The notes beneath the pieces are model-generated. The model was not told the DNA's origin, did no database searches, and saw only the letters and a list, made by a program, of their open reading frames with translations. From an uncultured Clostridia bacterium (lineage in GTDB: Bacteria; Bacillota; Clostridia; TANB77; CAG-508), in NCBI GenBank assembly GCA_944387455.1, contig CALXEY010000002.1:1-54440 (forward strand): DNA of 54,440 bases. The letters run 5' to 3'. Made by a program: the position numbers and the translations under genes. Shown in pieces: positions 9,807 through 19,622 of the stretch. Each line of letters opens with the position of its first letter. The stretch's first letter is position 1.

Positions 9807-10661
9807 TTAAGCGGCAAGTTGTTGTTCTTCTTGGACTTCAAATTCTTCGAGTTTATTTATAAAATCAGTTGCACATTTTTTGATTTTTTTTCCTAAATCA
9901 ATTAAAATATTAGGATTACCATTAGCATATTGCACAATATAATTAAAACTACACATTGAATTGTCTATTCCAAAATAATCTGCTACCATATAGGCAACAG
10001 ATTCAACAAAAACCTCTGATAAATTTTTATTTGTTTTATAATCAAAGTCATCATATATGCCGTGTGCTAATTCATGTAGTAGAATTGCCGTTTTTGCATC
10101 AACTGATAATCTTGAATCTAATACTATTTCCTTTCTAATTGGGCTGTAATAACCTTTCACACCTTGTTCAAGTTCTCTTTCATAGATCGGAAATTCACTA
10201 AATTCTTTTAATTTATAAAAAAAAGAACCCATATTATCACTATTTAGCATTTTAACTTCTAGTGGTATTGGTTTTCCTATGGTTTCAGATATATCATATA
10301 CATATACCTGTTTATATGCTATATAATCATAAGTCTGTTCTTCTTCAACTTCTTTTCCATCAACAATTTTTTTAACTTTTTTCTTTCCTTTAGCCGGCAT
10401 ACCAGCAGTTATTTGTATCCTTTTTGCACCGTCTATTAACTCTCTACCTAATTCTTTCCACTTAACTTTTCCAGCAACATATGTAGCATCTGGAAACTGA
10501 CTAAATATTAGTATGGTATTATTAAAACTGTATTTTGTAAAATTATTTTGAAATTTTAAAAACTTTTCATATTCTCCGTTTCGTATAATAGTTTGCACAT
10601 TGCTAACAACCTTATCATAAATTTCTTTTGCCTTAAATCTTCTATTATATTTAGTTTTCAT
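9807..10661 (-). CDS. ArdC-like protein: N-terminal ssDNA-binding (DUF1738-like) domain plus HExxH zincin
   Basis: 'YSFNNTILIFSQFPDATYVAGKVKWKELGRELIDGAKRIQI' resembles the ArdC N-domain. 'LLHELAHGIYDD' is a metallopeptidase motif. The protein ends in ..QQLAA. Confidence 0.55.
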   Translation of the reverse strand: MKTKYNRRFKAKEIYDKVVSNVQTIIRNGEYEKFLKFQNNFTKYSFNNTILIFSQFPDATYVAGKVKWKELGRELIDGAKRIQITAGMPAKGKKKVKKIVDGKEVEEEQTYDYIAYKQVYVYDISETIGKPIPLEVKMLNSDNMGSFFYKLKEFSEFPIYERELEQGVKGYYSPIRKEIVLDSRLSVDAKTAILLHELAHGIYDDFDYKTNKNLSEVFVESVAYMVADYFGIDNSMCSFNYIVQYANGNPNILIDLGKKIKKCATDFINKLEEFEVQEEQQLAA

Positions 10662-10675
10662 TTTACCTTCCTCCT

Positions 10676-12217
10676 TTAAGCTACACGCTTATTAAATTTA
10701 TATTTGATAACTCTAATTTCTTGTTTCTTTTTGTATTTTTCTTTTAAATCTATAAAATTTCTAAAACCAATCCATTTATCAATAAATTTTAATTGTTCCT
10801 CTGTAAAATCCTTTGAATGCTGTGGTAATTCCTTTTGAACAACACGATTATTTTTATATTCAAGAGTAATAAAAGATTTATTAGGATTTGATAATTCTCG
10901 AATTAAGTATATTTCTGTTTGATTATTTATATAACTTTGTAAATATGTTACGACACAATTTCCTTGCTGTTTTCCTTCATCTTTAAAATCATCTACACTA
11001 GGAACAGGAAATACAATGTATTTTTCATCTTCATAAGTATATTTTGACAAATTCAAATATCTTGAATATGCTTTAAACTCTGTATCCATATCTTCATTTA
11101 TCTTAATTTTCTTTGCAAATTTATCATGCCAAGCTATTAACTGGTATGGAAATAATCTTTTTTTACTTTTTAAACTTATTCCTAATTTACTTGCCATTTC
11201 TAAATAATCTAAATATATATGTATATTTTTTACCCCTTTTTTATAGTTAAGAAATTTTTTTAGAGAAGTATATTGACATATATTTTTAAGTGTATAAAAA
11301 TCATTATGAAATTTATTGACTATTTCATAATTATATAGAAATCCTTGTTTCTTCATAAAAACTAGGTAATTATAACTAAAATAGCGATATTTTTGAATCA
11401 ATTTCATATCTGGTATTTGTAAAAGTTTAAGTAGACGATAATCAATATAATCAATATCATTCTGAACCATAAAATTTAAAAACTTTTTAGGTACCCCAAA
11501 TCGTCTAAGAAAACTACCTTTTTTATTAAATAGTTTAGGGTATCTTGCTAATTTATGAAGTCCCATTTTCCACAATATTTCAAAACTTTTATATGTTGCA
11601 AGTTGCATTATTTCAAAGTTTGTATAACTATGGTTTTCCTTTTTAAATTCTTCTATCGGAGCATATTGTAAAGATGTATTTTTAAATAACATTTTCTTAT
11701 TATAAGGATATATAGGTATATCATTTATCACTTTATTCCCTGTATATATATGCCAATTTTCTATAGGTATATTATGCCATACTTTTTGATACCACATATA
11801 AAAAGAAACACTATTATTTATAATTATGCCAATATTAGGAATAAATCTAGCAAATTCTTGTACATCATAATCAAAAATTCTTGTGGTATGATTATATTTA
11901 GACTCTACCTCAAAAATTCTTAAAACTATAGTACCATCTATTTTACTATAAAACGCTATATCTTTTTTATATGTTTCATTGCGTATATTACTGTTTCTAG
12001 TAAAATATTCATTATTACAATAAGGACATTTTTCCCATTTGTATATTTCCACTTTTTTATCAAAATATTTTTGACAATAAGTGCAAAAAGCTCTATTTCC
12101 ACATTTTAAAATAATATTATGGTCTACTAAATTTTTTTCAATAAATGAACTCCAATGTTTAGGTGCTTTTTTATTATCAATTTTTCCCATAAGTTTTTGT
12201 AATTCTTCTTTTGTCAT
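10676..12217 (-). CDS. PcfJ-like conjugative-element protein (513 aa)
   Basis: N-terminal Cys clusters and a C-terminal 'EGKQQGNCVVTYLQSY...IYLIRE'. It sits directly downstream of a PcfK-like gene. The family assignment is from memory. Confidence 0.4.
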   Translation of the reverse strand: MTKEELQKLMGKIDNKKAPKHWSSFIEKNLVDHNIILKCGNRAFCTYCQKYFDKKVEIYKWEKCPYCNNEYFTRNSNIRNETYKKDIAFYSKIDGTIVLRIFEVESKYNHTTRIFDYDVQEFARFIPNIGIIINNSVSFYMWYQKVWHNIPIENWHIYTGNKVINDIPIYPYNKKMLFKNTSLQYAPIEEFKKENHSYTNFEIMQLATYKSFEILWKMGLHKLARYPKLFNKKGSFLRRFGVPKKFLNFMVQNDIDYIDYRLLKLLQIPDMKLIQKYRYFSYNYLVFMKKQGFLYNYEIVNKFHNDFYTLKNICQYTSLKKFLNYKKGVKNIHIYLDYLEMASKLGISLKSKKRLFPYQLIAWHDKFAKKIKINEDMDTEFKAYSRYLNLSKYTYEDEKYIVFPVPSVDDFKDEGKQQGNCVVTYLQSYINNQTEIYLIRELSNPNKSFITLEYKNNRVVQKELPQHSKDFTEEQLKFIDKWIGFRNFIDLKEKYKKKQEIRVIKYKFNKRVA

Positions 12218-12630
12218 TATCCAACACCTCCAAATAAAGAAATTTGTTCTGTTTCTTTTTTCTCTTCCATATTCTTTTTTGCATCTTCTAAGGAAACAAC
12301 ATTGTTTTTAGATTTTTCCGTTTTTAAAGATGTTTCCGTTTTACTCTTAGTAGTTATATCTTTCTTTTCTATTTTCAGAAAAGAATTAGGAAATGAGAAA
12401 TACATAATAGCCCATGCATATACCACTTCATTAGGAATATAATTCCAGCCATTTTGATAATATTTCAAACCTTTTTTTCTAATAAATTGTGCCATTTCAT
12501 CAACTGTTTTTTCTTCATTTAGATATTTTTGTTCCATCTCTTCTCTCGATAACAAGTAATCTACTGTTTGTAATAATGCTTTGTCCTTCTGGTCCTTTAC
12601 TTGTTCTTTTAATCTTTCAAAACCAGTCAT
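12217..12630 (-). CDS. PcfK-like / AcrIIA9-family-like protein (137 aa)
   Basis: 'LLQTVDYLLSREEMEQKYLNEEKTVDEMAQFIRKKG...VVYAWAIMYF' resembles PcfK-like proteins. It is paired with the PcfJ-like gene. Confidence 0.5.
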   Translation of the reverse strand: MTGFERLKEQVKDQKDKALLQTVDYLLSREEMEQKYLNEEKTVDEMAQFIRKKGLKYYQNGWNYIPNEVVYAWAIMYFSFPNSFLKIEKKDITTKSKTETSLKTEKSKNNVVSLEDAKKNMEEKKETEQISLFGGVG

Positions 12631-13028
12631 TTCTTATTTACCTCCATTTTTCTAAACCTTTTATACAAATCACTTTTTGATTGTCTTTCCATATACTTTT
12701 GATAGTTTTTTAAGCCATATTTATTGATTTTATCTTTTTTTTCACTTTGTACTGCATTTATTACATTTTCTAGTTCTGTAAAGTCATAAAAACGGCAAAT
12801 AAGTCCACCTTTTACAATGGACTTATCACCAGAATAATTTTTTATAACATTAAATCTGTAACTATATTTTTTTTTGCCTGGATGGTCAGCTATTCTTATG
12901 CCACACGCCACTCCATAATCTAACTTTAGATAAATAGAACTTGTAGAGTATGCATTATAACGATGTACTATAAATCCAAGCGAAATAAGTTCTTGAGCTA
13001 AAATACATGCTACCTCATTACCCGTCAT
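12627..13028 (-). CDS. hypothetical protein (133 aa)
   Basis: ORF with a TAATG overlap with the upstream gene. Confidence 0.5.
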   Translation of the reverse strand: MTGNEVACILAQELISLGFIVHRYNAYSTSSIYLKLDYGVACGIRIADHPGKKKYSYRFNVIKNYSGDKSIVKGGLICRFYDFTELENVINAVQSEKKDKINKYGLKNYQKYMERQSKSDLYKRFRKMEVNKK

Positions 13029-13303
13029 TAAGCTGCCTCTTTTTTTATTTTATTTTCTTGCAAGTACTTTTTCTTGTCTATTTTTTCTGTAATCAATTTT
13101 AAACTGGCTTTCATAAACTCAATCTTAAACTCTGGAATGTTTATTTCTGATACTCTCGCAATTTTTTCTCCATAAGAAGTAGGAGCAACAACTAAATCCC
13201 CAACCTCTAATGGAATTGCTGTAATATAAGAATATGCCCTACCACTAAAAGTTTTAGGCACATATTTATCTTCATACTTTACATTTACTATTTTTGTTTT
13301 CAT
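13028..13303 (-). CDS. hypothetical protein (91 aa)
   Basis: ORF within the operon. The protein ends in ..KKEAA. Confidence 0.45.
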   Translation of the reverse strand: MKTKIVNVKYEDKYVPKTFSGRAYSYITAIPLEVGDLVVAPTSYGEKIARVSEINIPEFKIEFMKASLKLITEKIDKKKYLQENKIKKEAA

Positions 13304-13304
13304 C

Positions 13305-13724
13305 TTATTCTTCCTCCTTCAATACTTCTAATTCTGTTAATTCTATTATTATATTATCTATATCTGTATCCATATCATAAGCATAATCTTCAAATAATAT
13401 TACAATGTTATTATATATATCTTTAACATCAATACTACTCAAATAAGCTGACAATTTTTCAGGATATAGATTATAATTATCCTCTTGTGGAAAAATTAAA
13501 AATCTAATATTTACTTTTGTACCTTGTGATAATTTCAAATTATTAATAGTTATATACTCTGTAGAATATCGTTTAATATCATCATATTTTTTTAATTCAT
13601 TTATAATAATGCTTTTAATACCTGTATTAAGTAACTGATATAATGTAATATTACTTAAACAAATTTCGGGTCTAGCATTTCCTTTTATTTGAATACTAGC
13701 CCTTTCTTCTCCTTTAAATTTCAT
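13305..13724 (-). CDS. hypothetical protein (139 aa)
   Basis: ORF within the operon. Confidence 0.45.
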   Translation of the reverse strand: MKFKGEERASIQIKGNARPEICLSNITLYQLLNTGIKSIIINELKKYDDIKRYSTEYITINNLKLSQGTKVNIRFLIFPQEDNYNLYPEKLSAYLSSIDVKDIYNNIVILFEDYAYDMDTDIDNIIIELTELEVLKEEE

Positions 13725-13743
13725 ATTATAACCATCCTTTCAA

Positions 13744-13953
13744 TTATTCATTATAACTATCATAAATGTCTACTTGATATATTTTTTTCTTTTCATCAAT
13801 AGTATTAAAAATAAGTCCATGTATATCTTCAAAGTCAAAAGATTTAACAATACCTCTTGCTTTTCTAATATCTTTTTCAATCTCTGGTAATATTTCTAAA
13901 GATTCTATTTCTATTACTGCTGTTTCATATCCGTCATTTTTTACTAATTCCAC
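13744..13953 (-). CDS. hypothetical protein; possibly N-terminally longer
   Basis: The frame stays open upstream to 14043. There, an ATT codon lies 5 nt after a perfect GGAGGAG, and the track's GTG start has no RBS. The start is therefore uncertain. Confidence 0.4.
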   Translation of the reverse strand: MELVKNDGYETAVIEIESLEILPEIEKDIRKARGIVKSFDFEDIHGLIFNTIDEKKKIYQVDIYDSYNE

Positions 13954-14116
13954 ATTATTTTTTTTATCATATTTTTTTATAACATTTAGATAGTTCTCTG
14001 GTAGTTTAAGACAATAATTAAAACTATTTATATAAAGCTTAATTTTTTCTCCTCCTTTTTATTTCCAACTATTATAAAATTCTGTTTTATATATTAAAAC
14101 AATTCCTTAAATTTAT

Positions 14117-14536
14117 TTATATTTCTGAATATTTTTTGTATAATTGTTCAAAATTAGATATGTTATTACTAATTTCTTTATTATCAACCATTTTATAAAA
14201 TAAATTTGTATCAAATATTTTGACATTTTTAGGTTTAGTATTTGTTGTTTGTAATGAAACTAATCTATTAATTATCTCTTCTCTAAAAATAGGATTTGCT
14301 CTATTTAAAAAACAACCATAAGTAGTTATTACAGGTTTAGCAATTCCAGGCATAAAGAAATACATTTCTGCTTTATGTCCTGTTCTTTTAGATTCAAGCA
14401 TAATAAAATCTGCAATATCGTTCTTTTTAATAATATATTTGTCTCCGAGATTAGTTTTAACAAATAAAATGCCATCATTTTCTAATATTTTAAGAAATTC
14501 TTTTTTACTATATTTTTTGTAACTTTTATTATCCAT
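14117..14536 (-). CDS. hypothetical protein (139 aa)
   Basis: Start chosen at the ATG (MDNKSYKK) preceded by GGAGGGAAAG. It lies just downstream of ssb. Confidence 0.5.
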   Translation of the reverse strand: MDNKSYKKYSKKEFLKILENDGILFVKTNLGDKYIIKKNDIADFIMLESKRTGHKAEMYFFMPGIAKPVITTYGCFLNRANPIFREEIINRLVSLQTTNTKPKNVKIFDTNLFYKMVDNKEISNNISNFEQLYKKYSEI

Positions 14537-14555
14537 TAACTTTCCCTCCAATTTA

Positions 14556-14978
14556 TTAAAAAGGAAGATCATCATCAGAAGAAATAAACTCTTCTGATGT
14601 GTCTTTCTCTTTTAAATCTTCACTTATATTTTCTTGTGTATCAGTGTTTTTCATTTTATCATAGCTATCTGCAAAATAAATTTCTTCTGCAATAACCTCT
14701 GTTACATATCTTTTAATGCCATTTTTGTCCTCATAGTTTCTGGTTTGCAATCTGCCTAATACGCATATTTGAGTACCTTGTTTTAAAAACTTTTCGACAA
14801 AATCTGCAAGTTTAGAATATACAACTATATTAAAAAAATCTGCTTGTCTTTCTTCTCCTTGTTTTACATATCTTCTGTTTACTGCTAAGCTAAATGAAGC
14901 AACCTTAACATTATTTGTTTGCGAAAATCTAATTTCTGGAGCTTTGGTTAATCTCCCCAATAAAATTGTTTTGTTCAT
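14556..14978 (-). CDS. ssb: single-stranded DNA-binding protein
   Basis: 'MNKTILLGRLTKAPEIRF...FSLAVNRRY' is an OB fold, followed by an acidic tail ending in DDDLPF. Confidence 0.95.
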   Translation of the reverse strand: MNKTILLGRLTKAPEIRFSQTNNVKVASFSLAVNRRYVKQGEERQADFFNIVVYSKLADFVEKFLKQGTQICVLGRLQTRNYEDKNGIKRYVTEVIAEEIYFADSYDKMKNTDTQENISEDLKEKDTSEEFISSDDDLPF

Positions 14979-14999
14979 AATTAAATCCTTCCTTTCATT

Positions 15000-15287
15000 T
15001 TAAACATCATTTTTGACCGTTATAAATTTTAATATATTTTCATTTCTTCTATAATTTCTTTCTAATTCAGGTAAAATGTTGGATTTTCCTTTGAAATAAA
15101 TTATATAGTAATAAGCATATTGATATTTTCTAACTTCATAAGCTAATTTCTTTTTACCTAAATTTTCTTCATTTGATATTTCTGCATTTTCGTTAAGATA
15201 TTGTTTTATTGTGTCTACAACAGAATTTCTTTCTTCTTCTGTAATATCATCCTTCATTAAAAAAATTGTTTCATAATTATTATTCAT
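15000..15287 (-). CDS. ribosomal protein bS6 (RpsF)-like paralog (95 aa)
   Basis: 'YETIFLMKDDITEEERNSVVDTIKQYL..NLGKKKLAYEVRKYQYAYYYIIYF....ILKFITVK' aligns along the whole length with bacterial S6. RBS AGGAGG upstream. It sits immediately upstream of ssb, as in the chromosomal rpsF-ssb arrangement. Confidence 0.7.
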   Translation of the reverse strand: MNNNYETIFLMKDDITEEERNSVVDTIKQYLNENAEISNEENLGKKKLAYEVRKYQYAYYYIIYFKGKSNILPELERNYRRNENILKFITVKNDV

Positions 15288-15298
15288 AATTTTTCCTC

Positions 15299-15943
15299 CT
15301 ATATTAAAACTTTTTCTTGAATTGTTAATTCTTGTCCTACATTTATATTGTCGCCTAATGTAAATTGTACTTTCCAATATTTTTTAAGCTCATTTTCAAT
15401 ATCTTTCATGTTTTTTAATTCCTTAACAGTATGAAATCCTTTTACATAAACATATTCTTGTAACTTTTTAACAGCAACCTCAAATAATCTATTTATATCT
15501 TCACTCATAGCAAGTATATTTGCTTCAGAAAAGGGTAATTTAAGGTTTTTACTGATTAACATATATACTTTTGTATCCTGTGATTTAGGTATAAAAGAAT
15601 TTATGTTTTGATTTGTTCTAAATGGATTTCTAATCTTTTTTAGAATAGGTAAAGTATTTCTTTGTGCCTCATTGTTAATGATAAAATGGAATATAACATT
15701 ACCATTAGACTTTAAAATACTTTTGATTTGTGTTATTTTCTTTTCGTTTGAATCTATTTCAAATTTTATATGATAGCCTTCTTCAAATTTCTTTATAGGA
15801 TAGTCTAACTTACGTTTTCCTAAAAAATATATCTTGTTTACTTTGCTTTTTTGTTCAAAAAGACTAACAATACCTCCTTGAATAAAATCAATTTTTCTTT
15901 TGCTAATATTTGGGTTTAATACAACCATTGCTAAATATTTCAT
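15299..15943 (-). CDS. protein with an S6-like N-terminal domain plus a ~110-aa C-terminal extension (214 aa)
   Basis: 'YLAMVVLNPNIS...FLGKRKLDYPIKKFEEGYHIKFEI...VIFHFII' follows the S6 pattern. The similarity is weaker than for 15000-15287. Confidence 0.45.
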   Translation of the reverse strand: MKYLAMVVLNPNISKRKIDFIQGGIVSLFEQKSKVNKIYFLGKRKLDYPIKKFEEGYHIKFEIDSNEKKITQIKSILKSNGNVIFHFIINNEAQRNTLPILKKIRNPFRTNQNINSFIPKSQDTKVYMLISKNLKLPFSEANILAMSEDINRLFEVAVKKLQEYVYVKGFHTVKELKNMKDIENELKKYWKVQFTLGDNINVGQELTIQEKVLI

Positions 15944-15966
15944 AATATAATTCCTTCCTTTCTTAC

Positions 15967-16383
15967 TTATGCTGCATTTTTAAAGATAACCTCTTTATTA
16001 TGCTTTCTATTTTTTACCTTCATTTTTCTTTGTCTGTAATAGTATTCTTCCAAAAATTCTTCTTTGTATCTTGCTATTTTCTTTTCGTGCTTTATAAGTT
16101 TGAACATATTGTAAAATTTTCTTATATCTTTTCTTTTCAGCGAAGTAAGTTTTTTATTCTTTATAGAAACAACTAGAAAAGTACCATATAAGATATATCC
16201 TTGAAAAATCCTATTGAACTCATCATTCGCCGCATTTCGATTAGCAATAATTAAGTTATTTTTGCTAGCTCTTATTTTTAATAAATCTTTTCCTATTAAA
16301 GCTCTTACAAATTTTAAGCTTCCTGGAATTTTAACTCTTTGTACCTCTTTATTTGGCATAACTAATAAACATTTAATTTTCAT
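15967..16383 (-). CDS. hypothetical protein, DUF3846-like (138 aa)
   Basis: The N-terminal 'IKCLLVMPNKEVQRVKIPGSLKFVRALIG' resembles DUF3846 proteins of conjugative elements. The protein ends in ..FKNAA. Confidence 0.35.
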   Translation of the reverse strand: MKIKCLLVMPNKEVQRVKIPGSLKFVRALIGKDLLKIRASKNNLIIANRNAANDEFNRIFQGYILYGTFLVVSIKNKKLTSLKRKDIRKFYNMFKLIKHEKKIARYKEEFLEEYYYRQRKMKVKNRKHNKEVIFKNAA

Positions 16384-16401
16384 ATGTATTCTTCCTTTCT
16401 T

Positions 16402-17209
16402 TTACCATAAAGAGATTTGAGTATTTCCTTTTACCATAACCTCTTTAAATAAATTTTGATTTTCTATTGTTTTTTCAACAATAATTTTATTATTATTTTG
16501 TTCTATTTCCTCTTGTTCTTGCTCGTTAAACTGCGTATAAAATTTTCTGAACTTCCAATATTGTAAAAAATATAAGGGAGTTTCCATTTTAAAACGCATT
16601 TTTTGTGATAAAGCATCTCCACAATATACAATAGCCGGTATTCCATATAAAGATAGTTGAATATATGTTATATAAACACATACATCTGAAATGTCCGTTG
16701 CTTCTACAAGTAAATCTTTTTGATAGTTAATATGTCTTTTTTCTAATGCCTTAGCAAATGAAAGTATCATACCGACCAGCACCACATGTAGGTTCTGCCA
16801 TTGTTATAAATCCATTTTTTTTTATATTTTCCTTTAGAGTATTTTCATCTCCAACACTAATTTCAGACATAAAGTTAGAAACGGGTGTTGGTGTAAAAAA
16901 CTGACCTATATGGCTATTTCCTAAATTTTCTTTTTCATAAAAAGGTCCAAGAATATCTATAATATCATTAGCTTCTTCATACATCATAATAAGTTCACCA
17001 AACATTTTAGAAAATATATTTTGTTCTTCCTTTTCATAAGAATTTATTGTTCTTAAATACTCTTGTTCCATTACTTGGTTTTTAGCAAATGAATTATAAA
17101 TTGAAATAGCACACATCTTTACAAAATCAGAAAACACAGCATATTTACCATAAATTCTTGAAAGTTTGTCAAAATTATTTTTAAAACTTTTTTCATAATC
17201 CTTATACAT
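16402..17209 (-). CDS. N6-adenine-methyltransferase-like protein, frame interrupted (+1 at CGG 16772-16774)
   Basis: 'FFTPTPVSNFM...AEPTCGAG' is motif I. After skipping the C, the frame continues 'GMILSFAKAL...YIQLSLYGIPAIVYCGDALS'. No NPPF/Y motif IV was seen. Confidence 0.5.
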
Positions 17210-17270
17210 TTTTATACCATCCTTTTAAATAATAGAAAAAAGACAGAATATATCCGCCTTTCCTATAAAT

Positions 17271-19253
17271 TTATGCTGCTTTTGGCATAGCAGTATTATT
17301 TTTGTTATAGATTTTTATAGTTTTTGCATTTGTTATTACTGGTTTAATAATAGTACAATCTTCATTATTATAATAATCTGCAATTTTTAAATTTGAGCCT
17401 TTAACTACATTAGATACAATTATTTGAGAATTGTTTGCATATTCTTTTATAAAATTATAATCAGCACAAGATTCCATATCGTCAACGAAAATAGGGAATT
17501 TAGTTTTTGCTATTTTGTTAAACATATTAGCAAATTCTAAAGCTGTTGCAATAGTTTCTGACCTAGATAAATTAGATAGTGGATTTCCTTTATATGTAAT
17601 TATAAAATCATCCTTTATTTCTCCAGTAGTTTTAAGTACAGAATAAAACTTGATTTTGACATTTTTTAAATATACTTTTGCAAGTTTCATTTTTTCTTCA
17701 ATGTAAGAAATATATAGTTTTTGAGCTACTTTCCTTGCATCTTTTAAATCACTAATGTATTTATTTTTTATAGAAATTTGCTTATTAAAATTAGATATGT
17801 CACTTTTAGCATTTTGAATATTTTTCTGTTTGACAGCAATTTCATTATTAAATTTTTCGACTTCTTTTTGTTCTTTTTCTAGTGCTTTGATATTCTCATT
17901 TATATTGGCAATTTTTTTACTGTTTTCTATACTTGTATCTCCACCCAGTGCATGATACTGACATCTTTCCATTGTAAGTTTTAATTTTAAGTCTTTTTCT
18001 TTTGCTTCTAATGTGTTCTTTTTATTAAAAGCATTAGTTAATTCTTTTTTCATATTAGCAATAGTCTTTTCTTTTGCTTGATCTTGTATATGTTGTTCAC
18101 AAATAGGACAAAGGCAGTTTGTACCATCTTTTATTGCTAAATATTTTTTCTTGCCTTCTTTCATGGATTTATCTAGCTCTTGGATTTCTGTTGATATGTT
18201 TAAAATTTCTTTTTCTAAATCCTCAACTTTTTTCTTTTGGGCCTCTTTATCTTGAATTTCTTTATCGTTAGATAAAGAATCTAACTCTTGATAGGCAAGT
18301 GATAATTCTGTTGTCTTTTCAAAATTCTTTTTTTCAGGCAATTTTTCATCTACAATAATTTGTGCATATTCGATTTTTCCATTTAAAGAAGTAATATAAC
18401 TTTCTGCTTTTTTTATGTCTTGGTTTAGGTCTGTTATATATTTTGGTATATCTTGAGGGATGCCTTCTAATAGATTTTGTTCTTCTTGATTTAAATTGTT
18501 ATATGCTATATCCATAAAGATATTTAATATATGAGTATTTATAAATTCCTCTTGCTCTTTTTGAGAAAGCATATAGTAATACTTTGTGTCTTTTAAAACT
18601 ATATCTTTAAAACTACTAAACAATTCTTTTTGTGATAATTCCTCGAATCTTTTATTAGTAATTTCTTGTAATTTATTAGAAATATAAAGTTTTTTAAGTT
18701 CACTTTCATCTAGCTTATCAAATATTTCTCTTACAGATATTCTAAAATATTTACTAAGTAATGTCTGTTGTTGTAAATCACTTAAATTTTTAAATATTTC
18801 CATAGGTTTTATATCAGACAAGTATTTATCAACCATTTCTTTTTGTTCAGCAGGTTTCTTAGATAAAAAATATAATGGGTTAATTATAGACAAAAATAAT
18901 TTTTTATCTTTATAAAAGCTACTCAATTCATTTTGAGTTACAGATTTCCCATCAAGTATAAGAGAATTATTTTTTGTATCAATTTTATTTTTTATACGAA
19001 CTAATATATGATTAATTCCTTGATTATCCGTGAAATGCAATTCTCCATATGAGCTATCAACCTTTCTATTTATAAGGCAAGCTTTTTCATCTCCTGACAG
19101 ATTAGTTCCTAAAAGTGTATTTACAATAGCAAAAAGGACATTGCTTTTTCCAGAACGATTTTTTCCACTAATAGAGGTAGTATCATACAATTTAGTTTCA
19201 AATTTTCCTTTAAACTTCCTAAATCCAATTGTTCTTATATAATTAATTTTCAT
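17271..19253 (-). CDS. Rad50/SbcC-like AAA ATPase with coiled coil and CxxC zinc hook (660 aa)
   Basis: Walker A 'GKNRSGKSNVLFAI', a long coiled coil with a central 'CLCPICEQ', and a C-terminal 'FPIFVDDMES'. The protein ends in ..MPKAA. Confidence 0.7.
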   Translation of the reverse strand: MKINYIRTIGFRKFKGKFETKLYDTTSISGKNRSGKSNVLFAIVNTLLGTNLSGDEKACLINRKVDSSYGELHFTDNQGINHILVRIKNKIDTKNNSLILDGKSVTQNELSSFYKDKKLFLSIINPLYFLSKKPAEQKEMVDKYLSDIKPMEIFKNLSDLQQQTLLSKYFRISVREIFDKLDESELKKLYISNKLQEITNKRFEELSQKELFSSFKDIVLKDTKYYYMLSQKEQEEFINTHILNIFMDIAYNNLNQEEQNLLEGIPQDIPKYITDLNQDIKKAESYITSLNGKIEYAQIIVDEKLPEKKNFEKTTELSLAYQELDSLSNDKEIQDKEAQKKKVEDLEKEILNISTEIQELDKSMKEGKKKYLAIKDGTNCLCPICEQHIQDQAKEKTIANMKKELTNAFNKKNTLEAKEKDLKLKLTMERCQYHALGGDTSIENSKKIANINENIKALEKEQKEVEKFNNEIAVKQKNIQNAKSDISNFNKQISIKNKYISDLKDARKVAQKLYISYIEEKMKLAKVYLKNVKIKFYSVLKTTGEIKDDFIITYKGNPLSNLSRSETIATALEFANMFNKIAKTKFPIFVDDMESCADYNFIKEYANNSQIIVSNVVKGSNLKIADYYNNEDCTIIKPVITNAKTIKIYNKNNTAMPKAA

Positions 19254-19256
19254 AAC

Positions 19257-19535
19257 TTATCTCCTTTTTCTTTGATTTTTGATGTTCTTGTTTTTTATTT
19301 TTCGTTCATAAGGTTTTCGTAAATGTTGTGGTTGTATCCAATCTTCTTTTCCATCTTTAAATCTAACTAAATAATCTTGGTAGTATGGATCTCTTTCAAC
19401 AATAAAAGCTGGCACATTTCTATAAAACTTTCCACTCTTTTCACCAGGGCCATATACAAAAACCTTTTCTTTGTTTTTGAATTTATTGTACATTGTATAT
19501 TCTCCTTTACTATTAAATTTTTGTTTTTTGACCAT
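19257..19535 (-). CDS. hypothetical basic protein (92 aa)
   Basis: ORF directly downstream of 19623. The overlapping ORF 19367-19645 is judged spurious. Confidence 0.4.
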   Translation of the reverse strand: MVKKQKFNSKGEYTMYNKFKNKEKVFVYGPGEKSGKFYRNVPAFIVERDPYYQDYLVRFKDGKEDWIQPQHLRKPYERKIKNKNIKNQRKRR

Positions 19536-19622
19536 TGACTTATTTTTATTTTTTGTATATTATATAAATAATTAATGCAAATGACATTTGTAAATAACGG
19601 TAGTAGTATAAGAATTTCTTTC

